From contig OZ286459.1 of assembly GCA_965644265.1 (NCBI GenBank), forward strand, positions 93,310,001-93,374,000: a stretch of DNA of 64,000 nt. The letters run 5' to 3'. How positions within the stretch are numbered: the first letter of the stretch is position 1; each line of letters begins with the position of its first letter. The stretch comes from Glycera tridactyla. Taxonomy: Eukaryota. This document shows, one piece after another, positions 13,695-25,554 of this stretch. Under the pieces are notes generated by a model. The model did not search any database and was not told the DNA's origin. It worked only from the letters and a program-made list of their open reading frames with translations. Made by a program: the position numbers and the translations under genes.

Positions 13695-15906
13695 AATCAG
13701 TATAGCTGCCTGATATACTTTTTCAACTAGCTTGTTGTTTGAATGAGGAATTCAACAAGGTATATAACGATATGATCACTCAGGTTCAGAAAATCCTCCT
13801 GACGAGAATCGAGGCCCATAAAGTGAAAGATATAAACCCAACAAATCACATTGAATGGAGATGCAGGTGTACGGAAAGAAAGAGTGATGGGTCCGACCCC
13901 TAACTTGCATGATGTTCAGCACGCTCACGTTATTATATGTAGCCATGTCATTTTTATACCACATGATGGAGCTGTTCAGTAAAAAAAAATCTCATCAGAG
14001 GAATCCAAATCCAGGACACCGCCCTCACGCCGATAAGGCATCATTCACACCATGACCTATTTCCTATCTGTGAAGAGTCCCAGGTAGGAAGTTGGAAGTG
14101 GATGAGGTTTCTGGACATGTTCATCTACTTGACCACCTATTCCCAGAGTTCTGTACTGAGAAAAGTATATTGTGAATGGCCTGTGTAGATTTGAATATAG
14201 TGTTTCGAACGTTGGCTCCTTTTAACTCACATTAAAACAATATCAGTAAGTCATGATAAACAGGTAAATAGTCATAAAGGTGTTGCTTGGACATCCGCAT
14301 CGATCATTTATCGACCCCTCTAAATCTTCTTTTCAATTATATGATAAAATTTCACATTTGATGATTTGATCTGAAATCACCATCCTATTGAGTGGCGTAT
14401 GAGTGGGAAGTTTTTCAGGCAGGTGAGTTTCATGTTCGAGAGGGCCAAAATACGCCAAGTCAAGCCTTCGCAGAACGCCATCGGGATTGGTGTGCCATCG
14501 GGATTGGTTGAATCTTGTGGATTTCTGCATGCCTCGTGTACTTTTGTCCCTCTGTGCAATTATCTTTTGGCCACAATATGTCTTAAATCAACACAAATAG
14601 TGGATCATTATATGCCCTCCTGGCTTCTCCAGATCCGGCGGTCGGAGTCAATCCCAACATACAACATCGCCCATCGAAGTGGTAGTATTTTCCGACCCAG
14701 TCGATTTTACGACATAAACATGTAGACATTAAATTCATAACACCCTTCATATATTGTTTGCTTGCTCCAAGACTTTTTGTCTCAGTTGCCTCACTCGCAT
14801 CAACTGCTCTCCTTTGTCAGTCTATTATGACCTGGCCCATGAGTTCAAGATCACCTTGAAATAAGAAAAGCCTCTTTTTCGTTTTCCGTGCTTCCAGGAG
14901 AGGATGGGGATAAACAGGACTATGTTCATAATTGTCCTTAGTGTGAAGACAAGGAACAGGAATGAGCCATGTGATCAGGACAGATTCATGCGTGGTACAG
15001 GTCAGTTGTGGTGAAGAATATTCTGGTGTGATTGAAAGCAGCGTGTTGATCAAAGCAATTTTTACTGCAGTAAGAGTCATGCCTGTACAATTTTGACTGT
15101 ATGGTGGTCTTGAGATGGTGAATATAATATCATAATTCATTCGTTTTGCTGAGAGTTGGATGTTTATTTTGTTATTGACTTCGGTAGCAGTTCCTGGGCT
15201 TTTGGGTTCTCCAGTGGAAGGTGTCACTCAACGCGTCATTCGTGTCTGGCGAAAGAGGGGAGGCTATATATGAGAACATTTAGTGGGAAATATGTTGTTC
15301 CAGTGAGGTTGGACCATGCAGATGGATCGAAGCATATAGATACTTTCTTATCCGGGATATTCTGCCTTTTCACACGGGGTGATAGAGTTCGAGTACACAG
15401 ATAATGGTGATATGACTTGGTGAAGTGCCGAATCTAGACATGCTTCAGATGTCTGGGGTGATATTGATGGAGCAATTGATGCTTTCACCAGCTTGGCAGT
15501 AGCAGCACCTCTAAAGATAATTGCCTCTCCATAAGTCGTGAAATGAATCTGCTGCTAGGGAAAGGCACCTATTATCCCCGTCTCCCTGACAATAGCAATG
15601 ATTTTCTGATCTTGGATATAATGAGCATTTTAGTATGAAACATATTGCATTTTTCTATATAAACTGAGAAAAGTATTTGATCTTCAGTTCGCAATCTACA
15701 ATCTTTTTGTCTGGATCAGGTTATAAGGTTGGATTACAGTGGTAATCACAAAGAGTAGAGATTCACTGGTGATATTTCCGAATAACCATGGCTTTCACAT
15801 TCCACTTTGTAGTAATGATGTTAGTAATGATATTTCCATGGATTTCACGATTGCAATCTTGTCACTCCCTCACCACTATGTACCTATCACCTCCCCTATC
15901 CCCTCA

Positions 15907-16092
15907 TACAGAGTTCAACCTGTCTATACTGACCTCACGTGGTAGCACCAGATGTGATCTTCATGGACAGTTCGCATCTATAGAGAGGTGGCTTTTTGTA
16001 GCAACGAAAACGCGGTCAGCGCAGCGTTCGAGGTTGCCTTCTTGGGAGGGCTGCAATATAGCCAGGTACTCTCTCGAGCAAGTTCAACCATA
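15907..16092. mobile_element. Degenerate ~185-bp MITE, same family as 22622-22803
   Basis: Starts TACAGAGTTCAACCTGTCTATA and ends GAGCAAGTTCAACCATA; internal TATAGAGAGGTGG; colinear by eye with the 22.6-kb copy. Confidence 0.55.
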
Positions 16093-16766
16093 AATGCCTA
16101 TTCCCGGTTCATCTACTTTGCTCTATCACTATTTCTTAGTGTCTGTCGAATGTGAGCGATTCCCCTTCGCTCCTCCATCAAAATATTCAACCGTCACTCA
16201 TAAATTCATTACTTTATCATTTTACGCGATCATTTGGTTAGTCATTCTTTCTCTGCGTCAGCAACACACCATCTTTTATTCGTCATGTGATGAACATAAA
16301 CTCATGTCGATATATCAGAATGTCTGTCTGTCCGTCCGTCCATCAGTAAGTGAAGTTCTGTTCAATGAAGTCGGTGTTTGGTGCAGTATTGGATGCAGTT
16401 TCAGGAAACTAAGTTCTCCGGCATAGTCTTGCGTGTGAAGGGAGGCTGGTGTGGTTGACCTCCTGGATAGTCAATAATGGTGGCCACATATCTCACTCAA
16501 GAGTAGAACGACAGGCACACATCAATCACTATTACCCAGAAAAGTACAGCTCTGGATTGATGTCTCCTGCCCGAGTGGCTTCGTAGTGGTTCCATTTCTC
16601 ATCCGGGACACAACAAGGCGTGAGTTATTCAGGCAATCACAGTGGGTCACCGTAGCCGTCCACACCTTGGAGTACGATGAAGCCTGTCTCTGTGACGTTA
16701 TCTGAGATATAGGAGCAATCTCGTTGTTTCGTACCGATATGTGAGAATGGGTTAGACAGATAACAT

Positions 16767-16807
16767 CAATGATAATAATAATAGTAACATTGTTAATGTT
16801 AATGATG

Positions 16808-16844
<37 letters not shown>

Positions 16845-16925
16845 CAATGATAATGAAAATAATGATAGTAATGATATTGATGATAATAGTTGTGGTAATG
16901 GTAATAGTAATGGTGATAAGAATCA
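16767..16925. repeat. Degenerate (AAT/GAT)n microsatellite
   Basis: Directly visible; explains the Ile/Met-rich ORFs. Confidence 0.9.
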
Positions 16926-18055
16926 TGAAAATGCTATTACCAATGACCCTATCACTGGTGTATTAGCTTTGGTTTGAATGCATCATGTACTAGTCTAGTC
17001 CAGGTTGATCTGTTACTAATAGCTATGCATAGTGGCAGTGGTCGACTAGGATTTGTCCAACGAAGAGGCGGCAGGTTGAGGACTGGGAGATGAGAGCGGA
17101 TGATGTTGATATATACAGTCGTCTAATTCTGTGCTGGCTGACGGGGGCAGATGGCAAATCAGGCGGTAATTTCCTGTCTTAGATGTGAAGACTAGGCGGC
17201 GTCCTGATGTGATGTCAGATGTGTGATGCAGATTGAAACGCGTGCAGAGCAGCCACTAATCTCCATATATAATTGGATAAGCTGCCAACACCCAGCTATC
17301 GTTTGTACTCAGCAGGGAGGAAACGTATGCTTATTTGTTCATTCTACAATCTGTGTCTGGTTTTAGGTAGGTCCATACCGATATCTAGGGGCATTTAGAG
17401 AATTCTACAATTGGTTTCTGATCACTTGCATGTGGAACACTTTTATTCAGAGTATGGTGACAAATTTTGACTTTATTTCACACATTTGTAACAGCCAGCA
17501 ATGGCCCTTCAAGCCAACTCGATGAGATCCTTGGGACTCTGTAGAGTATGCTCTAGAGAAGGTCTTTCTGATGTACAGCTGCATTTTTCACTTTTATACA
17601 CATATGTACCAACCATCTCTGAATATCAGGCTGATCGCCATACGTGCCAACCGAATTGCGCCAAGTAAGGTTATACACCACAAGTGAATGGTGATTGTAT
17701 ATGTTTGCATGAGTAGTTGATAGGACTCCCCGGTGTCGATCTGTACTATGTGACAATACCATGTAGAACAAAGTTTCTTTATCTCTATCTTCATCATTGA
17801 AGGAATTCCGGAGTGTTTTGCTGACCATGGAATCGCGCCGGCGAGGAGATTGAAATATATCGCGTCTGAGTTTGGATGATTGATATAGCAAGTGACAGCT
17901 GGGATTCGGGTCTCGGAATACTATCATACTGACATTTAGTTTGATTTCTCTGTGGACTTTGAAATCCGAGACGCTTCTCCAAAGGGCGAGCGCGCTCAGA
18001 ATTGGTTGGGTGCTATTCACCAGTGTGGCAAGAGAGAAGGGGTGAGATGTGACGG

Positions 18056-18323
18056 NNNNNNNNNNNNNNNNNNNNNNNNNNNNNNNNNNNNNNNNNNNNN
18101 NNNNNNNNNNNNNNNNNNNNNNNNNNNNNNNNNNNNNNNNNNNNNNNNNNNNNNNNNNNNNNNNNNNNNNNNNNNNNNNNNNNNNNNNNNNNNNNNNNNN
18201 NNNNNNNNNNNNNNNNNNNNNNNNNNNNNNNNNNNNNNNNNNNNNNNNNNNNNNNNNNNNNNNNNNNNNNNNNNNNNNNNNNNNNNNNNNNNNNNNNNNN
18301 NNNNNNNNNNNNNNNNNNNNNNN
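18056..18323. other. Assembly gap (N run)
   Basis: 268 N. Confidence 0.95.
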
Positions 18324-19659
18324 GGCGAGCTATTTTTGCAGACTGCCTCCCCTCACCAGAGATGAGGTAGAGATAATCCCATTACCATCAGCAATGAAGA
18401 CATCGTTGACCGTGAAGAAACAATTACGAGTCACGTATTGGTAGAAGTATTTCTCTTTTTTCTGCTCTTTGCAACGGGTGCGTTTATACCAATGATGATT
18501 CACCCTGATATGTGTGTATGAGTGGGGGGGGGGGGGGTTGAAATAGCATATATTATTTCAATCATGACAGTGATCCCCATTATTTTGGATGAGCTGAGTA
18601 TGTAGGCAAAGACATGTAGATCAGGATTATAACTGAAAGAGGTGAATGTCAATTTGTGAGCTCATAGAAAGATGGTGCATTGAATTGATAACTGGGGCTG
18701 GCTACACAAATAACAGATCAGGATTGATATGATGGGAGAATATTTTGCCGATCCGTTCCACTCTGAAAGTGGTTCACTTAACACAGGAAACGATTGTGAG
18801 AGATCGATTGTCACTCCGGGGTGATAAATGGAATGGTTTATGATACTGACATCCCCATTTATGATGGGAAAAATGGTACCGATTCAAGACATGACCAGTA
18901 TTCCATTTCAGTAGTCTTCATGTGCACTGAACATTATAGCAGGTGATCCTAACTATTTTTGGCTCTCAAAAAGTCTACTAGCAATTCCAAGCTTTTCTAG
19001 AGCTTTGAGAAACGAGCTAGAGATCATCTTCAGCATGAGCACATTTGATTCATGATAATGGGAGTGGCAGATTGACTGGTCGGTCAGTAATTATGGTGGG
19101 CCACTGAGCAGCCTATAAAACTTCTTCGTTTATGACCCACTCAACTTCCATCATGCAAGACCCCATCAGCACCATGCAGTCATTATGTCGACCACATAGT
19201 ATGTCATCATAATGATGGACTGGCTTCCTAATCTAATACACTTGTCAATGAATGTATCTTCTTAGGACGTGTTCTTATCGCATCTCACAATTTCAAGCTA
19301 ACGACGCAGCAGCAATGATACTTTGCTGAATGTTTCCAATTCTTATTTCGCGAAAAAAGAAATGAAACATGAATTTCTCCATCTGAACTCCGGTGTCCAT
19401 GGATAGACATGGTGTTCCTTCGTTCAGGATTTAGTCACAATGGGGTCTTTTTATCTATGGTGCGATGATGCCACGGGCAGAAACTACATTCTTCATCTTG
19501 AATCCAACGAGGCCGTACACGGACATGGAGGTTCTTTGTCTGGAAGTAACCTATGGACGTCATAGACAAGAATGAAGTTTCATGTATTCCTTCACATCTT
19601 AGCCCCGCAATATATGTCTATGACCACAAACTGGCGATCCCCCCCCCCGTATGATAAAC

Positions 19660-19826
19660 TCGCACCCACCTCCAGCACTTTAAAATCAAGGCTTAAGACA
19701 CATTTATTCACTTGAGCATTCCCGCCAGAATGATTTCATATAGTGTTTCACAGGTATGTGCCACTGTGGAGCGCCTTAGAGCTCAATGAGGAAAATGCGC
19801 TATATAAATGCACATTATTATCATTG
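19660..19826 (+). mobile_element. L2-clade LINE (or L2-tailed SINE) 3' end
   Basis: TLKSRLKTHLF at 19677-19709 matches the L2 ORF2 terminus (FKS.LKTHLF); followed by GAGCGCCTTAGAG...GAAAATGCGCTATATAAATGCACATTATTA, the conserved L2 3' stem-loop/tail pattern. Confidence 0.7.
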
Positions 19827-20754
19827 ATCTGTATTTTGAGTCAAACGGTTTCTTCATCCTGTAATGTCATGTACAGAGAGGAAGCTCCTCCAACTGGAAT
19901 CACGGGTAGACATGTTGTACGGTACCTAGAGCCTAGTGTTGATACAGAGATTCATATCGTCCCTCCATCAAGAATCCAATGAGGCGGATTAGCAGATGCA
20001 TAATCCTCTTATCTACAGAGAGATCTGAGTTTTACATCATAACCAGTAGAAATCAATCAATCCGAGTGATGCTGAAGGTGTACAGACCACCTTGCTCAAA
20101 CTGAAATGCATGCCACAGATAATTCCTTGGACTGAGATGACATCGATTCCCAACATAGTTGACAAAAGAAATGTATCTCTCTCTCTAAATAGACGATACC
20201 ATCACAATATTCCTTATCTTCTAAGGATCAGTTATCACACAAAACTTCCAGATGAGTAATAAAATGATGAGTGAGTTCCATGAATGGAATTCAGTATTTT
20301 CCAGAAATTTTGTATTTCAGGGGAGGAAATGGAGTGTGTCTGGGACCATAGGTGACAATCAAAGCATTTATCTGGGAATCTTGCACTCATCATTATCACG
20401 TTTTTTGATTGGCCTTGATCCATCATTCGATGACGGCTCCGGATCCCGCTAACGGTACATCGACCGTACACACCATGAGCCATGGTCCAATTGACCACCG
20501 TATTCTTATTCATATTAGAGTTTCACACCTCTCTATTCACTCATTGAAACAGACCTTATGCATTTTCACGCAACCCTTAACCATCCCCCCTTAACCCCCC
20601 CCCCCCACACACACACACACATCACATCACCCATTCTCGCAACTTGATCATCCTATCAATTCATCGTGGAAGAAAGGTATGTAGAAATCTTCATGAATAA
20701 TGGTGATGAGTTCGAAATTAGACTTACGGTGATCGGAAGGTGATGCTGGTCGAA

Positions 20755-21070
20755 GTGATGACGATGGTAACTAGAGAGATAGTGCAGAATAGGGTGGCCA
20801 TGATGGCGTTGTTGGTGGGGTCAGTGACAGTATTGTATGTGCTGATGATTCCATTATGCTAGTAATGGTGGGGGTGATGGTCAAATTAATGGTGATGCAA
20901 GTGGCAGTGGTGGAAGTGCTGTTGGTGTTTGGGTGACAGCCTGAATGGCATTCGTGGTGATTTCGGTGGTGATGATGGTGGTGGTATCTGTGGTGATAGT
21001 GGTGTTGGTGGTGGTATTTTCGCTGCTAGTTCAAGTGGTGATTGTAGTAGCGTCAATGATGATGCTGCTG
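20755..21070. repeat. Degenerate (GGT/GAT)n low-complexity tract
   Basis: Directly visible; Gly/Asp-rich ORF 20929-21123 derives from it. Confidence 0.75.
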
Positions 21071-21540
21071 AAACAATGAGACTGTGCTTTCAATTCAGTG
21101 ACTACGTGTATACAGGAAGTTGACACACTCAAGAATGATTCATCAACCACGTGTTTATATCATTCACTGATAGTTTTTGTATAGACTTGGGGCCTTAGAT
21201 GACTGATGTTCTCATGCTCCTCCATTCATCACCAAGACGAGTACAACCAGGCTATCCAGAGTTAAGTTTGAATAGAGAAGTTTAACTTCCACACCTATGT
21301 GAAGTGAGATATGAAATGCCAAGGAATGTTTAACTGCCTTTTTGGACTCGTGGTTATACAATAATTGAAATGACATAAGTTGCGTGGTGGGTTCAACATA
21401 TCTCAGTGTCCATTAGTTTCCCATCTGTACATTAATGCTTGTGATACAAATCATGGCAGATAGCATTCAATGAGCGTACCAGTTTCCTACTCCCCTACTC
21501 CTGACAAAATGCTGGTTGACTGACATTCACAAAAAAGTTT

Positions 21541-21917
21541 GAGCTGACACAGGTATACTCCTATCTCGAGTGTGTGTTGTGTTGTGTTGTGTTGTGTGAA
21601 TGTATGTGAGCTGACACAGGTATACTCCTATCTCGAGTGTGTGTTGTGTTGTGTTGTGTGAATGTGTGTGAGCTGACACAGGTATAATCATATCTCGAGT
21701 GTGTGTTGTGTTGTGTTGTGTGAATGTATGTGAGCTGACACAGGTATACTCATATCTCGAGTGTGTGTTGTGTTGTGTTGTGTGAATGTGTGTGAGCTGA
21801 CACAGGTATAATCATATCTCGAGTGTGTGTTGTGTTGTGTTGTGTGAATATGTGTGAGCTGACACAGGTATACTCATATCTCGAGTGTGTGTTGTGTTGT
21901 GTTGTGTGAATGTGTGT
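21541..21917. repeat. 62-bp minisatellite, 6 units, merging into (GT)n
   Basis: GAGCTGACACAGGTAT...ATCTCGAG(TGTGT)n units start at 21541, 21608, 21670, 21732, 21794 and 21856. Confidence 0.95.
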
Positions 21918-22621
21918 GTGTGTGTTTGTGATGTGTGTTTCTGCGTCCGTATATGCGGGTGCATGTATGTATGCATGTCTCTGAGTGTGTGTGGGTGCGT
22001 TCGCATGTGTGCGTACGTGTGTGTGTGTCCGTTTGTCGGTCTGAGTGAATATCTCTGAGTGTCTGTGTGAAACCTTCAGCTCACTCTGTTAGTGACCAAC
22101 CACCGTATCCCTAGTGATGATCCGAAAAAATGTGGCACAAAAACTTGAATGAAAGATATTCCAAATAAATTCAAATGTGTCAGGCAATCAGTGCATACAG
22201 CGAAGTGTCACAACATGTGAGTTGAGGGTTGGACAAGTGAAGATCGATATTGATTCGTGTGAAAGTACAGATGTATTCGGGATCATGGAGTGCGAAAACC
22301 TACTGATTAAAATACGCTTCATTCAGAAACTCCCATTCCCTTTGATTCCGAATTCAATCGATCGACTCGCAATTAGCAATTATCACAATTTTTCCCTGAA
22401 ACTACGAACGAGAGGGAAAAATTACGTTGAACATTCGATGCTGCGCCGATCGATCGCGAATTGCAGCCCTCGGGGGAAATTTGCCTGCGACAACTTGAAT
22501 TGGTGGCTAGTTTTCAGCGATCTATCTATACCTATTCCTCATTGACTTTTCCCTGATGTATATTAGACATCCCCTCTGGCTTGATTGATAGATGTATACG
22601 TCACGGTGAGACTTGACTAAA

Positions 22622-22803
22622 TACACTTGAACCTGTCTGTGAAGGCAACCTCCGGTCGCATAAAAAAAAATGGCCTTTATAGACAGGTGGTCTTTATAGA
22701 GAGGTCATTTAAAATTGAAAATATGGTCGCACCTCAGAGTAGCCATTCTAATCATGCAGGTGGTATTTATAGAGAGGTGGTCTCTTGAACAGGTTCGACT
22801 GTA
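22622..22803. mobile_element. ~180-bp MITE with Tc1/mariner(pogo)-like termini
   Basis: Left end TACACTTGAACCTGT, right end ACAGGTTCGACTGTA (imperfect TIR with TA at both outer ends); internal repeats TTTATAGAGAGGT. Confidence 0.75.
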
Positions 22804-23269
22804 TGTTAATGCCGGCTGCATGTCTAGCTGGTATCGGTATGGAGAATCATATGCCGGCTACACCTATCTCCACACCCTGATACTATCCTGATAATATCCC
22901 ACTTTGGAATCATACATGGAAGAAACTCTCCCAACGCTGTATCCAGTGTTCAGGCAAATAAGAAACGAATACATATACATTTTCAGCATTTACTTTTCGA
23001 CGAAGACTAGAAAATGCCTCTCATGCGAATTGCATGGGTGTTTCAATATAGTTCAGGTCATGCTGACGTGAGCGAAGACAATGAAGCAACCGACCATGAT
23101 TGTTTGCTGATGTATGTCATTTCACGAGATGAATCACGCATTCATGTTTGATACTGGTTCAGGATATTTGCTCACCATTGTGTTCAGTTGACTGCAGCCT
23201 ACTGCTTGGTCGAACTGGTGGCTGGTCAGGAGCCTTTTAGTCGTCTATGATCGTATATGTGGTTCATAA

Positions 23270-23430
23270 GCACATTGTGAATTCCCTCCACGGTACATGG
23301 CCCAAAGATTCAGCAGATACGGGACTAGATTCTGTGGTGATATTTGATTCATTCTAATAAACAGGCATGCCAAATTCACACTGGCCTCTCTCCTGGTCGC
23401 AGGGGATGTCAACAAATGTAGTGAGTTTGA
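23270..23430 (+). mobile_element. Decayed LINE AP-endonuclease fragment
   Basis: One frame reads HCEFPP...ILINRHAKFTLASLLVAGDVN (cf. VYIPP...F.VAGDFN of CR1/Rex-Babar EN); one stop. Confidence 0.35.
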
Positions 23431-23959
23431 TCCGATACATTTTTGTGATGTAAGGGCTTGATGTTCTCGTCAAGTTTGGACGGACTTCAGTAGGCCTATC
23501 CAAACAATATTCGAAGCAGTTTACCAAACCCACGGACACTATTTCAGTACATCCGCTAGTCTCAGTCAAGTCATCTGTTTGAGCTTAACGTCCATTCAAC
23601 CTCACTGGGTTATATTGGACTGAAAATGTTTAAGAAAAGACGCACCACCGCCGGAGTCAATCTTCTACTCTGCAAAATTGGCCAATGGTACCTGGACCAT
23701 ACACAAGCCACCTCTTAATTTTTGACTCGACATGCACTGGGTGAGAGTCGAAGGGAGTGTCAGAGTGGTAGTCCAGACTGGTCGCGTCTCAGGTGACGTC
23801 TTCATAGTCATGTAACTCATGGTCTGTTACTCAAATCTGGTATCGAGCTGACCAGCGGATCAGAAAATGCCTCAATCAAATCACTCCTGCTTATCCATGT
23901 TACATACTACGTAGATTTTTTCATCGGGAATTTTGCTCATATATCTATGATGTATCCAT

Positions 23960-24375
23960 AGGTTGCAGACATTCTGCACCGAGTGAATGGGTGCACATAC
24001 CTTTCACATATATCGCATGTCATCTCTATAAAACCCTCGTTGTTCCCATCTTCGACTACTGCGACATAGTATACGACAACTTGCTGGCTAAGAACGCACA
24101 GATGTTACAAAGGATACAAAACTTGGCACTTCGTACTATCTTAAAGAAAGGTCGATTAACATCAACAAATGAACTCCACAACGAATTGAATTTAGATCTG
24201 CTTGTAACTCGTAGAGCCAAACACACTTCAAATTTCACTTACAAGACTTTATACACATGTAATTAATTAAGAAACTAACTACTCGTGGCCGCTGTAAAAA
24301 GCTCCGCGAGCTAACTGCGGAATTTTTCTGTAAATATGTTACGAGTATAAATAAAGAGTTTTGAATTGAATTGAA
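23960..24375 (+). mobile_element. 5'-truncated L2/CR1-group LINE (RT C-terminus + 3' UTR + tail)
   Basis: LYKTLVVPIFDYCDIVYDN...LQRIQNLALRTIL...ELHNELNLDLLVTRRAKH...YKTL is a clear ORF2 thumb/C-terminal match; followed by AATAAA and a (TTGAA)n tail at ~24360-24375. Confidence 0.88.
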
Positions 24376-25554
24376 AATGATACATTCTTCCCTGTGCTAG
24401 TGCCATACAGACAAATTACTTGAGAGTTCATTCCTGTAGTATGGTATGTGTCGGCTTGGCTTGTATGGGTGTCAGACAAACCTTATTATTCAATCGCTTC
24501 TTTCCTCAATATCACTATGAGATCCCCAGACCTGGTCAGTCCCTAATTCGCTCCGAAATAGTCTGCTGAAGACGACATTTCATCCCGTTGAAAACTGATT
24601 GGTTTCTGAAGGAACCAAAGGTCAACTTCTGTGTGCTACAAATATGTGGATTGCTTTATTAATCAGGGTGAGAGTTGTACAGACCTCATAGTAAGATTTA
24701 TTGATGCACGGCCAGCGATTTTTTGTCAAAACCCCGATTCTGTCGATTTTCAGCCATGCTGGCGTGATTTACGGTAGTCGGCCAAAGACTTTGAGTAAAA
24801 AGTTAGATGAAGCTCAACTAATGTTATACGTGCAGTGCTTTTAGAGTATAATCATACATCAAGCAAGGATTTATAGCAGGAAGGAATATCATACAGCTTA
24901 TCGGTAGCTACAAGGCTCATGCATGAGATTATTGGAGGTAAGCTCAGCACTGCCCACACCTTTGATCCATGACTCGAAACAATCAATTGTGTGCTGATTC
25001 CAGAAAACGAATTGAAAAAAGAGTGAGGATAAGTGTGTGCTGTCTCCGAGTGATTCGAATTCACACTGATGTACAGTTTCCATCTCTTTGGATTCAACAA
25101 TTTTCCATAAAATAAGGTATTAGTGATGAAACAGTCTTTCATGTTCGTTTGTTGATGTACCGTACAAGAAGGTAAAATGTGTTTTGATTCAACTCCTACA
25201 ATAGATGTTTGAAGCTTTTAAAGCCTGAACAATATTTCTTCACAACGTCTAGTGAATATTCAAATTATCATCTTGCGAACGAAGAACAATTGCATGGTTG
25301 GATAATAAGCGGTAGCTAGGGAATATACCAGAATTCTGTCATCAAGATCACCCAGAACCAATCATGGTGGTTTGCTAGTTCCTCCTATCCGCTGATCTGA
25401 AGATATCCCTCGACCACCCATTCGTCTTGCTTCAACATTTGGTTGGATCACGAAATATTGTCATAATCACGAAATATTGACATAATCTTTGATATTTTTG
25501 ATATCCTCCACCCTTGCTAATCAGGATACGGTCTGCACCTACTACAAGAGACCC

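Noticed and set aside
17553-18020. 155-aa minus-strand ORF
   Set aside because: No ATG start, no recognisable motif; may be chance or a decayed element.
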